64,000 nucleotides of DNA from Octopus sinensis. Lineage: Eukaryota. The notes below the pieces were generated by a model. That model had not been told where the DNA came from and ran no database searches. It saw nothing but the letters and a program-made list of their open reading frames with translations. Both the position numbers and the translations under genes were made by a program. Position 1 is the stretch's first letter. Every line of letters starts with the position of its first letter. The DNA lies in contig NC_043001.1 in NCBI RefSeq assembly GCF_006345805.1, positions 124,992,001-125,056,000 of the forward strand. Reading direction: 5' to 3'. Positions 1-13,029 of the stretch are shown here, in pieces.

Positions 1-760
1 TTCTGCCAACTTACTGTGACAAACGAGTGGCCAGGGTAAGGATTGGCAGAGTACCTCCGGAGATAGAGAAGGTGTGGCTGGTAGCAGCAGTTATGTATAA
101 TAGGGAGGAAGACGCAAAAGTTTTAAAAGTAACAAGGACGAAAGAGGTAAACTGCTGGGGATACGGCCTAGAGGTGGCCATCCAAGTCAGTTTACAAGAC
201 TTGCACAAGATAGCGGAGGAGGTGATACTGCCGGAGGATGTGAAAATGAGAGCAGTGGTGGAGGGAAGACCTCCAGCCTGTTACCAGTGTGGAGTAAGGG
301 GACACATGAGAGCAAGGTGTCCCCAGAAAGACGATAAAGGTATAGAGGAACTGGAGCATCAGGGTGCCGAGCGGGAGCAGAGTGACGAAGTGACGGTCCC
401 AGTGAGTGAGATGTGTTCGGAGAGGGTGGAGGAGGAGTGTACGGTAGTAGATGAGAAGCAGCAAGGTGCTGAGCGGGGGTAGAGTGGCGAAGAGACGGTC
501 CCAGTAAGTGAGAAGTGTTCGGAGAAGTTGGAATATACTGTGGTAAATAAGAAAAAGAAAAAGACGGAAAACGTGGACGCACCGCCAAAGAGTCCACTAA
601 AGAAAAGAAAGGAAAATAAACGGGAAGATGCACAGCAGGAGACTCCAACATCAACAAGGGAAGCCAATGTGAAAAATAAAGTGAGATTGCAAGAACAAGT
701 AACAAAAAAAAGGAACCGAAAAATAAATGGCACATGGTGACATATTCGAAAAGCACGGAT
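1..760 (+). mobile_element. Tx1/L1-like LINE ORF1 remnant with CCHC zinc knuckle
   Basis: VRIGRVPPEI...EGRPPACYQCGVRGHMRARCP (CX2CX4HX4C at 279-320). Premature stop at 482. Imperfect internal tandem duplication of about 110 bp at roughly 355-560. Confidence 0.7.
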
Positions 761-1249
761 ATTGAAAAAAGATAACTAAAATGAAGTCGGTAATAAGATT
801 GAAGCTAACAACGGAATATTATCCAGAGAGTACCAAGGCAATTGTAATTGACAAAGAGAGATGTGCAAGACTGAGAAAATTGTTTGGAGATAGGATAGAC
901 CCAACAGGAGTACGCGTGGAGTTCGACGACTTGCCGCCAGTAATTGACTATGAGGACCTACTGCCTTACATAAAATGGCAAAAAGGAAAAAAGGAAATGT
1001 TTGAAATTCTAATGACTGTAAAACAGATGCACAAAGGAAAAAAAAAGAAAAAAAAATGGTTTTAAAACGTTAGACTAAAACATTTAAATGTTACTGCTTG
1101 CGAGTGGGGAGTATGCAGCCATTTCATCTTCATTTATTATTGTTCCTCTTTCATTCGTTCGTTCTGTGTTTTTTGTCCCCACTGTGGTGTTCTGTATGTC
1201 CTTGTGAGGTCTCCTCTGTGAACAAGCCTGAGTGCTTTAATAAAGAAAA

Positions 1250-4200
1250 GAGTCCGTGCTAGTTCCACAGTTCGAGTGTTGATAGTTCAAAGCTGGAGTT
1301 CAAAGTTTACAGTTCGAGTTAACGTGTTGGATTGCTTGGTTTCTAAAAAAGATTATTGTTACATTCCGTGTGGTTACTACTGTTTGTTTCGATTATATTG
1401 TTATTACACTGTTGCAGTATATTCGTTTATCCATAAGGATATAACATCTGGCGACGAGGGTCGTTCGAAACTCACATTGGTTGTTTGACAATTTCTGCGT
1501 CATTAAAAACCTATTGGCCACAGTAGTACAGCTTCAAGAGAAACAACAAGAACAACTACAGGAGTTGCAAGAACAAATACTACAATAACAACAGCAATTA
1601 ATTGAGTTACAGTCGGCGAAGTCCGAAAATCCAGTAAGCTCGTTTACGCTGGATGGCGTGACTAATCCAATCTCTGAATTTACGCATAATCCGGAGGTGG
1701 GTATTACGTTTCCCGCCTATTATAGGAGATACGAGGACATTTTTAGCAACTAGTGCAAATCATGGTCGGAGGAGCAGAAAGTAAGGTCTTTTACTACGCA
1801 AGGTAGCTCCTGACGAACATGAACGTTACTGTAACTTTTTTCTACCAAAAAAGTGAGATTGGTTTCCAAGAAACCATGGAACTGCTTTCAAAACTTTTTG
1901 GTGATAGAAGTTCATTATTCAACACCAGAATGGAATGTTGGAACTTAGCAAAAAATGAGGAGGAGGATTTTATCACCTACGCCGGTGTAGTCGACCGTAT
2001 GTGCGAATATTTCAAACTCAAGTATCTCACTCAGGATATGTTCAAAACACCTATTTTCGTGCAAGAACTTATAACACCCGAAGATAGAGAAATTTGGGCA
2101 TGGATTCCCTTGAAAATGGAGCGAGTGTACCAGGATTTATCTCTACAGAATATCTCAGAAGAATGTCAAACTTTGGTAAATTTTAAATATTATGTGAAAA
2201 AATACAAGATAAAGACTCTGCAAAATTCAAATGTGTCGTCCCGGGAAGTACAATCAAAGAAAAGTGTCTGGCCCCAACCGTGTTATGGTTGTGGAGGCCT
2301 ACACTACAAAAAGGATTGTCCGTTTAAAAACAAAAACTGATACTGTTGTCAGAAGCTGGGATATAGGATTTTCCATTGTAGAACAAGACTACGAGGCTCA
2401 AACGCAGAAAGCTCTAAGGAGCTTTCAGCGAAGATTGATTGCAACATAAAAACAAGAAAATTCGTGCACGTAAAATCAATGATGTGAATACCAAATTACA
2501 GTTAGACAAAGGTAGTAACATCTCGATTGTAAATGAGGATACTGGGGGGAAATTTGGTAAACCGAGATTACGTAAAACAGCGAAAATAGCGCGTGGTGTA
2601 ACGGGCGATAAATTACATTTCGTGGGCAAAACATGTATCGACGTCACATTTCGAGCAGAGACACGCGAAGCAAAATTATTCGTTATGGATAATACAATTA
2701 ATCAGTTTGGCACAAATTGGTTAGACTTATGGCACTTCCTCATAAATCTTTAATGCAATAACAGAAATGGTTGTCCCGTTAAAAACAAGTCTTCGGAAGA
2801 ATTGAAGAAAAAAATTGAAAAAATGTTCCCGCAAGTGTTATCAGATGATTTAGGTCTATGTAGAAAGACGGAAGCTTATTTCCAAGTACTTGTATTTGAA
2901 GCCAACAGAAAAGTACCGTTCGCAGCAATTGAAACCGTAAATGAAGAGTTGGACAGACTCGAAAAGAGTGGAGTTATCAAAATGGTTAATTGCTCGAAGT
3001 GGGCAGCACCCACAGTACGTATTTTGACAAAAAAAATGATTAGGCTGTGTGCCGATTTCTCAGCAGGATTGAATGAGTGTTTAAAAACATACCACCATCT
3101 ATTCCCGACTGCAGAGGAAATTTTTTTTTGTTAAGTTAAATGGTGGGAAAATGTTTTCCAAATTAGATCTGTTTGAAGCCTATTTACAGATAAAAGTGAA
3201 TGAAAAATGATCAAAGTATTTGACAATAAATATACACAGAGGATTGTACAGATGCACAAAATTACCTTTTGCATTAAAAGTGACGCCAGCAATATTCCAG
3301 TAAATAATGGATACTATGTTATCTGATTGTGAATTTGCAATCCCATACTTGGACGATATTTTGATGAAGAGTTATTCTTCTGAACAGCATATGGAACACA
3401 TAAAAGCTGTGTTTAAGAAAATTTAAGTTTTCGGGTTCACTTTTAGTAAAGAAAAATGTGAATTTTTTCTACCCCAAATTAAGACTTACGGCAACAAAAT
3501 TGATAAAAGCGGTAGACATCCTGACCTGTCGAGGGTAGACGCAATAAGGAATATGCCTGCGCCGACAAGTATTCCAACTTTACAAGCATTTCTTGGGTTG
3601 ACAAACTATTATCAAAACTATATTCCTAATATGCACAAGTTAAGAGCTCCATTGAACAGCTTATTAAAAAGTAAAGTGGAATTGGTCTACAAAATGCCAG
3701 AACTCTTTTGAAGAAATTTTAAAAAGTCTGATCTCAGGCTTGTCATGAGCACATTACGATCCCGAAATGGACATCATTGTAGCGTCTGATGCTTTCGAGC
3801 ACGAATTAGGTGCAATTCTACTTCATAAATACGAAGACGGAAATACAAAACCAGTGGTTCATGTTTCGCGCTCGGTAACAGCAGCAGAGAAGAGATATAG
3901 TCACATTGAAAAGGATGACCTAGAAATTATTTTTGCAGCTAAAAAATTTCACAGGTTTTTTATTGCAAACAGACCTTTGCTGTCGATTTATGGGTCTAAA
4001 AAGAGGGTCACCGTCTCATGATGCGAACCGTCTGCAACGTTTGGGGTGTAATATTACTAAATTATAATTTTAAAATGTAATACATTTCATCGAAAAAAAT
4101 CAGTTGTGCGGATTGCCTTTCGGGATTAATTCTCAAAAATATGGAACCACTAGAAGAGACTGCAGGCATAAAGTGAAATTAAAAGTGTTATGACGAACGT

Positions 4201-4915
4201 TATCCAAGAACTACCAGTGACGGCACAAGTGATGAGTATATTACGAAAATTGTGGAGGCGCAATGGCCCAGTGGTTAGGGCAGCGGACTCGCGGTCGTAG
4301 GATCGCGTATTCGATTCCCAGACCGGGAGTTGTGAGTGTTTATTGAGCGAAAACACCTAAAGCTCCACGAGGCTCCGGCAGGGATGGTGGTGATCCCGTC
4401 TGTACTCTTTCACCACAAGTTTCTCTCACTCTTACGTCCTGTTTCTGTTGTACCTGTATTTCAAAAGGCCGGCCTTGTCACTCTCTGTGTCACGCTGAAT
4501 ATCCCCGAGAACTACGTTAAGGGTACGCGTGTCTGTGGAGTGCTCAGCCACTTACACGTTAATTTCACGAGCAGGCTGTTCCGTTGATCGGATCAACCGG
4601 AACCCTCGTCGTCGTAACCGACGGAGTGCTTCCATCATTACGAAAATAAAAGAGCTTTAAAAAATAAACAGAATAAAAATTCAGATGCCAGTAGTTTTTC
4701 AATTCGCGACGATATTCTGATGTATGCTCAAAGAGTGGTAGTTCCAACTACATCACAAAAAGGTGCATTGCAATAATTTCCCAACGGATATCTAGAAATG
4801 GCAAGGACAAAGGTTCTGATTAGAAGTTATGTCTATTGGCCGTCTATGAACCGAGATATCGAAAACTTGGTGAGAACATGCCGAGGTTGCGCGCTCGCGG
4901 CGAAAGCCTCGCCGC
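1250..4915 (+). mobile_element. Decayed Ty3/Gypsy LTR retrotransposon (Mag/K02A2.6-like), 5' LTR remnant to integrase zinc-binding region
   Basis: LTR end ...TAACA at 1446 and PBS TGGCGACGAGG at 1449. Gag with CYGCGGLHYKKDC; protease LQLDKGS; RT WAAPTV/RLCADF/YLDD (3346-3357); RNase H ASDA...EKRYSHIEK; integrase VYWPSMNRDIENLVRTCRGC. Many stops and frameshifts; no 3' LTR. Confidence 0.9.
4251..4636 (+). mobile_element. tRNA-derived SINE (about 385 bp family, here called family R) inserted in Gypsy pol
   Basis: A/B-box-like head (TGGCCCAGTGGTTAGGGC...TTCGATTCCC). 11-bp TSD ATTACGAAAAT at 4240-4250 and 4637-4647. Confidence 0.9.
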
Positions 4916-5690
4916 TAGGTGTCCATAGTTAACCATTGTCAGCTACAGGGATCAAAAACTGGACGTAGATAGCATGACTAGACGGGGATCCGGCTACTGG
5001 AAGCTAAATAAGTCGCTACTGACCTGTGAAGCCTACAAGTGTCGGATTAGGCAGTTAGTGATGGGGGCATTGACAGGGACCATTGTTAATAACAAATGAT
5101 GGTATACCCTCAAAAGAGCCATAAAAAAGAGTTGATTAGATTTAGTAGGGAGTTAGCTAAGAATACAAATAGTGCAGAGAGGGACTTAGTGAACGCTTTA
5201 GAGGAGGCAATGAGATCTGGCTCTGCTTCCACAGTGTCGACCGCGAGAACGGCGCTTAACCATCACCTCGAGGCTAAACACGAAGGCTGCAGAGTCAGAG
5301 CAAAGATACGTGCAATGGGCCAAGAGGGTACCAACTCTACCGGATGGGCTCATGTTGTAGGGTCTCAGCCTGGTAATAATGTCACATTAAGGTCTTTGAC
5401 GAACCAAAAAGGGGCAAACAGTAACTGAACCCGAGTAGATGTATACGGCCTTACACGAGCATTTCGGGTGGCATGGGCCGTAGCGTAGGAAGGACCTCGC
5501 GGACTTCTTCGCCGGTTTACCTCACCTCTCGGAGAGGGAGGCGAAGTTTTATGAAGGGCCGATCACAGCTGCGGAAGTGGAGGAGGCATTGTCGGAATAC
5601 GGTGGGGACAAGTCGCTGGGTCGGTCTTAATATTCTGTTACGAACGAAGTTGGGTACAGTATAACACTCGTCCACCTTCAGATTTCACCT
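4915..5690 (+). mobile_element. Tx1/L1-like ORF2 fragment (post-endonuclease region)
   Basis: GYWKLNKSLL at about 4995, then HHLEAKHEGCRVRAK and VEEALSEYGGDKS. Degenerate. Confidence 0.7.
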
Positions 5691-6166
5691 ACTGCTATCC
5701 GACAGCAGTATTATACTTGCTGCCAGTTTTGCGTTGGGGCTTTTGTAGTGTGTGAATGGATAATTGAATGCTTCCAACAATGTGAACACTTCTAAAGGCA
5801 CCCATCATTCAGCTGGTGTTGTTAAAGCGAGTGACGTTTTCAGTTATTACTCAAGCAAGCAACGGTATATTAGTCATTTTCCAATTTGTTTGGGTTTTTT
5901 CTTTGTTTTTGGCCTTTGATTTTTTTTTTTAAGGCGTTGTTTCCATTTTAGTTTTCGTGAGCCGCAACTAGTTGTGTCGATAGAGTAACAGGCTAGCAGT
6001 TACAGAGTTGGCAGTTCATATTCCATCGCCGGCACCGCGTTGTATTTTTGCAAAGATTCCTAGTTTTGAAAAACCAATTCACGCTGGTGTAAATGGTGAC
6101 ATTGAGAATAATAAAATTGACGGTTCTAGAATGACGGCATACTAAAAGATTTATAATTTTGCTGAT

Positions 6167-6843
6167 TTATAATAATAAATAATGATGAAATTATTGTATA
6201 CAGTGCTCAGGTGCACCACAACTTGTCAGAAAGTGCGTGTAAAGCATATGTAGTAATGCACAAATGTCTGGAAAGTGAACAATGTATGAGTCAGATACAT
6301 GCTTGTGTGTGTATGGAGGGGAGAAAATCAGGTGTAGTGTTGGCGAATCTCAGAAAGCATGGAAGTTTTGAAGGACGCAGTGCTCCGACAACTAACAACT
6401 GATGCTGGCAGCTTGTTCCATGCTTCAGCAACTCTCAGCGTGAAAAAATGTTTCCGAAAGTCATGGGAGCTGTGCTGTTTTCTGACTTTGTAAACATGTC
6501 CACGGGTGTTAGACGGGTGGAGTTTGAAATGGTGCTCAGAGTTATTGTTTGTAAGATGGTTAATAATTTTATGGGTGTCTGCCAAGTCAACTGCCAGACG
6601 TCGGAGTTTCAACGTGTCCATGCCCAGGGAAGTAAGGCGTTCAGAATATGGCAAATGCCTGATGGAGGGTATTCTTTTGGTTGCACGTCGCTGAATGGCT
6701 TCCAGACGATTAACATCCTGGGCAAGATAGGGGTTCCAGACCGGTGATGCAAATTCCAGGTAAGGTCTTACCATAGCTATATAAAGCCGCAGATAGATAG
6801 CCGGAGAGCGGCTCCGTGGACGTTGACTACGATAGTAAATCAT
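6167..6843 (-). mobile_element. CR1-type LINE 3' end
   Basis: RPYLEFASPVWNPY...LEAIQRRATK...TRGH...FFTLRVAEAWNKLP...RQHYT*, then 3'UTR and (ATT)n tail. Confidence 0.92.
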
Positions 6844-7286
6844 GAGATTTTATTTTAACAAATTTCATATTTTATTATTTGCATCATTTACTCAATATAT
6901 CAATTCTTCTTTTCTGTAATTTTCTACCCACAACATTAAAAAAAAATAAAGCGAACATTGGAATAAATGTTAAAAATAGGTAAAGAGTTATCTCCACTGG
7001 CAGTCGATATTAACACAGCCTGTACATTTCGTTTCGTCATAGTTACTTACTAACTACTATGGACAAATACATTGAAAGGTTATTTCACACACATTTTGAT
7101 TCTCAGTAGATTAAGGAAATACACAGATCCACTCTCGGATTAAATGCAGCCAGTGCGAAATTTCTGAATTATTACAACAAGGAAACAAGCATTCGTATTT
7201 AAACGACAAATAAGCATATATATTTTTTTCAATTTACTGAAAGCGTAAAATATTGACAAATTGCTGTGATTTACTTCTTTGTATAT

Positions 7287-7344
<58 letters not shown>

Positions 7345-8569
7345 AAGCTACATTTCTAAATAAGGTTGCATGCGTTTTGAAAATTCAAAAGCCAAAAATC
7401 AGGACGTCGTTAAGAATAAATTTGCAATAAGTCAAGAGTTATCTCCCTTGACATTACTTTGTTTACGACAAAATCACTTTAATAGCGATTAACGGTGTCA
7501 ACAATGAAGTTTTTGCCCCATAATAAAAGAAGAACTGAGAACTTAATAAATTACTGAACAATATATTTATGGAGTGATAGGGACGGGAATTTTCTATGAG
7601 ATACATATTTCTAGATTGCTTCACTTTACTTAAGTTTACGGAATATGTATCAAATTTTCTGAGGGAAGCACATATCGGATCCAAGCCCTGTGAGTGGAGG
7701 TGGGTAGGTGGAAACCGTATGGAAAACTGTCGGATGGAATGTACCAGTAATTCAAAGGTAGAATCTTGTCACACATTGTGCCATGCTGCTTCTGTTTTAA
7801 AATTATGTAAAATGGAACACATCTATAGAATACTCAGCAGCAACATTTAAAATACAAGGGCAGATAATTCAGTCATTCGAGTAAGTGAATTTGCACCGTG
7901 GAGACCGACGGATATCCATTTACTATGGCACGAAGGAAGGAAGGAATTTTATGTCAGATCAATCGTAGTACTACTAGCAATGTACGTACGTACGTACGTA
8001 TGTATGTATGTATGTATGTATGTAGGAGAAGGTAACTCGGGTAACTGGGATAACTCCGACATAAAATCTGCGGCTCAGTGGTTACCGGTGATGTCGACTT
8101 GTTCTTCTTTTCGGATTATGGCTGCTGTTGTTTAGTGAGTGGGATTGATTCAGTGCACAGCCTTTCCTTACTTTAAAAAAAATCTTCTTGCACAGGCATT
8201 GCACGATAACATTGTTCATAATTGTTGATGGTGCTGTGAGTCTCAACTGAATTGCTGGCTGTAGCCTTAAAAAGCAAATAAAAATCAGATTCGATCACAG
8301 CACCAATAACAGTTGAGCTTCGTGCAATGGCCATACTCGATAATGAGGGGGCAGCCATCATGTATGTATGTATGTATGTATGTATGTATGTCTTCCTTCC
8401 TCTTTTTAAATTATTATAAATCTTCCACTGAGGAGGCAACCAGTTTCCAACAAAGAGACAAGGCTCCATCTTTGGGATGTAGTTAACATAGACAAATTCA
8501 CATTTGGAACTTGAGAAAAGTCTTGCATATATATGTATGTATGTATGTAGATAAGTGGGAATGAAGGAA

Positions 8570-9183
8570 AGAAGCAAGCAACCAAGCAACCAAGCAACCA
8601 AGCAAGGCAGGAAGGAAGTTAGGAAGGAAGGAAGGAAGGAAGGAAGGAAGGAAGGAAGGAAGGAAGGAAGGAAGGAAGAAGGAAGAAGGAAGGAAGGAAG
8701 GAAGGAAGGAAGGAAGGAAGGAAGGAAGGAGGAAGGAAGGAAGGAAGGAAGGAAGCAAGGAAGGAAGGGAGGAAGGAAGGAAGGAGGGAGGGAAGGAAGG
8801 AAGGAAGGAAGGAAGGAAGGAAGGAAGGAAGGAAGGAAGGAAGGAAGGAAGGAAGGAAGGAAGGAAGGAAGGAGGGAGGAAGGAAGGAAGAAAGAAAGGA
8901 AGGACAGAAGGAAGGAAGGAGGGAGGGAAGCAAGCAAGCAAGCAAGGAAGGAAGGAAGGAAGGTAGGTAGGTAGGAAGGAAGGAAGGAAGCAACCAAGCA
9001 AAGAAGGAAGGAAGGAAGCAACCAAGCAAAGAAGGAAGGAAGGAAGGAAGGAAGGAAGGAAGGAAGGAAGGAAGGAAGGTAGGAAGGAAGGAAGGAAGGA
9101 AGGAAGGAAGGAAGGAAGCAAGCAAGGAAGGAAGCAAGGAAGGGAGGAAGGGAGGAAGGGAGGAAGGAAGGAAGGAAGGAAGG
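8570..9183 (+). repeat. (GGAA)n polypurine tract, about 610 bp
   Basis: Direct reading; occasional GCAA and GGGA variants. Confidence 0.97.
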
Positions 9184-9333
9184 ATTTTATGCCAGATCAA
9201 TCTTGGTACTATTAGTAGCATGTAAACCAGTACAACCAGTTACATAGTCGGTCCGTCGGCTACTAAACCGATACCCCTCCCAAGTCTGCTTGGCAAGGAG
9301 AGTGATTTTCATTGGACATTCTCCGGGGCGAAA

Positions 9334-9524
9334 GGCGTAGCCGTATTTCGTCTGCCGTTACGTTCTGAGTTCAAATTCCGCCGAGGTCGACTTTGCCTTT
9401 CATCCTTTCGGGGTCGATAAATTAAGTACCAGTTACGTAATGGGGTCGACGTAAGCGACTTGATCCGTTTGTCTGTCCTTGCTTGTCCCCTCTATGTTTA
9501 GCCCCTTGTGGGTAATAAACAGAT
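9334..9524 (+). mobile_element. SINE family B, 5'-truncated
   Basis: GTTCAAATTCCGCCGAGGTCGACTTTGCCTTTCATCCTTTCGGGGTCGATAAATTAAGTACC core. 16-bp TSD ATTCTCCGGGGCGAAA at 9318 and 9525. Confidence 0.88.
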
Positions 9525-9803
9525 ATTCTCCGGGGCGAAAAACAAAACCTGTTAAAGGATGGGTAAAATCAGTAGAATTAACGGCCATCCAACAGATGGG
9601 AGTGAGAAGCACCTAGTCTTTGTTTTTGATATCCCTCTCGGAGACGGAAATTCCGAAATATAACCGGCTTCATTGTGAAGCCGGAGATCTTGTCTCTGCT
9701 TGTTTCTGGACTGCTTAGCTTTGTAGTTGAGAGTCTTAGCAGTGTTATGCCAACTGTTATTGATTTTAAATTTCGGTATTTCCGTTGTAATTTTTAAAAA
9801 AAG

Positions 9804-10183
9804 AAGCACTCCGTCGGTTACGACGACGAGGGTTCCGGTTGATCCGATCAACGGAACAGCCTGCTCGTGAAATTAACGTGTAAGTGGCTGAGCACTCCAC
9901 AGACACGTGTACCCTTAACGCAGTTCTCGGGGATATTCAGCGTGACACAGAGAGTGACAAGGTCGGCCCTTTGAAATACAGGTACAACAGAAACAGGAAG
10001 TAAGAGTGAGAGAAAGTTGTGGTGAAAGAGTAGAGCAGGGATCACCACCATCCCTGCCGGAGCCTCGTGGAGCTTTAGGTGTTTTCGCTCAATAAACACT
10101 CACAACGCCCGGTCTGGGAATCGAAACCGCGATCCTACGACCGCGAGTCAGCTGCCCTAACCACTGGGCCATTTCGCCTCCAC
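9804..10183 (-). mobile_element. SINE family R copy
   Basis: Near-identical reverse complement of 4251-4636. Confidence 0.9.
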
Positions 10184-10607
10184 TCCGTTATCTATGATAA
10201 GATAATTAATCAGTTGCTTCTGATGGAGGAATCACCTGAGGATTCAGCCCCCACCCTTATGCCCCTCCCCCAGGAATTGTAGGCAGGGATGACGGATGGA
10301 TTAATATTTACCACGTTTGCTTATCTTTTACTTTCTAATCGTTTCGGTCGTTGCACTTCCTTGACGGGATTAGTCGAACGCATAAACCCCGCCAGCAGCA
10401 CTTAGTCTTTAAGCCTGGTACTTATTCTGTCGCAATCGTTGTCGAACCGCTAAGTTATGCGGACGTAAACAAACCAACATTGGTTGTTAAATGGTGACAT
10501 GGGACAACCACAAACGCAATCTCACTGAAGCTTTGAACATCGATATTTATTTATAAGGCGGCATATGAAGTTAGAACATGTTTATTCAGTTAGAGCTGCC
10601 TACAGTC

Positions 10608-10849
10608 CTCTCTCTCTCTCTCTCTTTCTCCTCTCTCTCTCTCTCTCTCTCCTTTCTTTCTCTTTAACTTTTTCTTTATTTTTTTTCTTTCTCTGATTCT
10701 CCCTCTCCCGCTCTCTCGCTCTCTCTTTTTCTCTCTCTCTCACTTTCTAACTCTCCTTTATCTATTTTTTTATTTGTTTCTTTCTCTCATTCTCTCTGGC
10801 GTTCTCTCCGTCTCCTTTTTTCTCTCTCTCCCTCGCTCTTTCTCTCTTT

Positions 10850-10885
<36 letters not shown>

Positions 10886-10947
10886 TACATACATACATAT
10901 ATACATACATACATACATACATACATACATACATACATACATACACA
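10608..10947 (+). repeat. Compound (CT)n / (CA)n / (TACA)n microsatellite
   Basis: Direct reading. Confidence 0.95.
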
Positions 10948-10999
10948 CCATTTCTGGACTAAATAGCACTAAATGATAGCGACGTCTTTGCAAGGGACT

Positions 11000-12300
11000 T
11001 AACTCTTCTATACTTACTTCCCTTGGAAATAACGCCGTACAATATTACGTACTGTCGTCTCCCTACCCAACAACAAACGACCCGGAAACACCCACGGTTT
11101 AAACGCCGGCACATCCTCAACTACGTTCTGACAAGATCAAGGGACAGACGATATGTACGCATCACCCGCTCCATGCCTGGTGCAGATGACTGCTGGACGG
11201 ATCACGGCCTTCTTTTTTTTTACCTTGACATCAAGATTCGCTGCCCAGCAAAGCGGGTCTCAGCAAACATACCTTGCCGACGCTTCGACTGCGCCAAACT
11301 CCGTAACTCACAGGCATCCCAAGACTTCAGGTAATCCATTGTGAGACACCTGGTGGACCTCCCAGAGCCAACCTCCAGTGGACGAGCCTTCGTGAAGCCA
11401 AGACCGCTGCCGCCGAGGAGACAATCGGCTTTGCCCGGAAGAAGGACCAAGACTGGTTTGACGAGAATGATGAAACCATCTCCCGTCTTATTGAAGGCAA
11501 ACTCCGGACGCGCCTAGTCCTCGAGAACCATGCCGCTGCGGAGAACAAACGGAAACCCCAGCAAGCATCAGCGGAAAGCCAGCGAGGAATTCGAGAAGCT
11601 CAGAACATCGGGTAGCAGAGGAAAGCAGAGGAGACGCAAAACTTCGCGGACCAATGAAACTTGCGCAGCTTCTATGCCGCAACCAAGGAGATCTTCGGCC
11701 CCACAAGGTCATCAGTGGGCGGCCTGAAGAACGCAGCTGGCACTACGATAACCGACACCCAGAGAATCCTCGATCGCTTGAAGTCCCATTTCGAGTACCT
11801 TCTTAACGACCGCTCAGGCACTCCTGACGATCACCTCAAAACCACCCCACAGTTCCCCATCCGCCATTGGATGTCCCTGCCGCCCTCACGCCATGAGTTC
11901 ATCAAGGCACTTGCGCGCATGAAGCCGGGGAAAGCGCCAAGACCAGACAACATTTCCTTTGAGTTTTTTACGCACGGGTGTCCTGAACTGAGAAATCATC
12001 TGATGCTCATTATCCTCACGATCTGGGAAAGCAAGACACCCGCCGAACGACTTCCGCGATGCGACTCTCCACACCATCTAGAAGAAGGGAGACAGAGAGG
12101 ATTGCAATAACTATCGGGACATGTCACTTCTGAGCATTGCAAGTAAGATCTTCGCCCGTATCCTACTCAATCGCCTCATCCTCACAGAAGACGTGTTTCC
12201 CATCACTAGGGGTTTTAAGCAAGGATGCGTCGTTGCACCAACCTGTTTCTCTTTGTACATGTTCAGCGAAATCCCACTATAGGCTACAGTTAAACAGTAG
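11000..12300 (+). mobile_element. RTE-clade LINE internal fragment (endonuclease end to RT), frameshifted and deleted
   Basis: LNYVLTR...WTDHGLL; KDQDWFDENDETI; FYAATKEIFGP; KPGKAPRPDNIS; NYRDMSLLSIASKIFARILLNRL; RGFKQGCVVAPTCFSLY. Confidence 0.85.
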
Positions 12301-12344
12301 TCAAATTTGAGAATCCTGCGCGCCCTTGACGTATGTGTATGTAT

Positions 12345-12386
<42 letters not shown>

Positions 12387-13029
12387 ATGTGTGTGTGTGC
12401 GTACGCACACACACACAACTCCTTAATAACCAGCGACAGCAATAACAATGGTATGAACAAGATAAGTTACTCCATTTAAAATAATATGAGATAATGTGGC
12501 ACGCTTGGGTGTTTTAAAATTAAATGAAATATCTTTGATCTTAGGTCAATGAGGATTAACTTCAGACTAAATAGCAAGAGACTATTAGTAAGAGCAATAT
12601 GATTGCCACCACCACCAGTAATATCCTTGCCAACACCATTACCGTCATCAGCAACAGCAAATAGGAAACAATAATAGTATCAGCACGACTGCAATGTCTG
12701 TATCTACATATGTTGTGTGTCAATGTAACAGATTGTGCATGTGTGTAAACATGAGTAGATTGTGGAGTTTTATGGCTCAAGCCAGAGGTTCAAGTCAAGG
12801 AGCAAAGGGCCCACGAACATGGTAGCCCTTCAACTAATTAATTGTACAGTACTTCTTCCCATCTCATTCATTCAGCCTTTCATCTTTTCATTTCCATTCG
12901 AATAAAACAATTTTTTGCTTTCACCAAATAATTCTTTCCTGGTCCTATTTTTAATTTTTTTTTTTTACCAAACATTTGTTATAAATTTGATTGCCGCCGC
13001 TGTGGGATTTACTTAAAAACTTGAGCTGT

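Noticed and set aside
781-1065. Host gene of 94 aa
   Set aside because: No recognisable domain or splice signals, and it is embedded between LINE ORF1 and a LINE-like 3' end.
4253-4330. tRNA gene at SINE heads
   Set aside because: A/B-box-like motifs are present, but there is no complete cloverleaf and the sequence continues into a SINE body with a TSD.
4336-4587. Recurrent 83-aa ORF MFIERKHLKLHEAPAG... (also 9848-10099, 36410-36661)
   Set aside because: The same frame appears in three near-identical SINE copies. It starts at a non-ATG codon and is conserved only because the copies are young.
8173-9221. Long ORFs of 139-282 aa (LPSF / RKEG repeats)
   Set aside because: Translations of the (GGAA)n microsatellite, with no splice or homology support.
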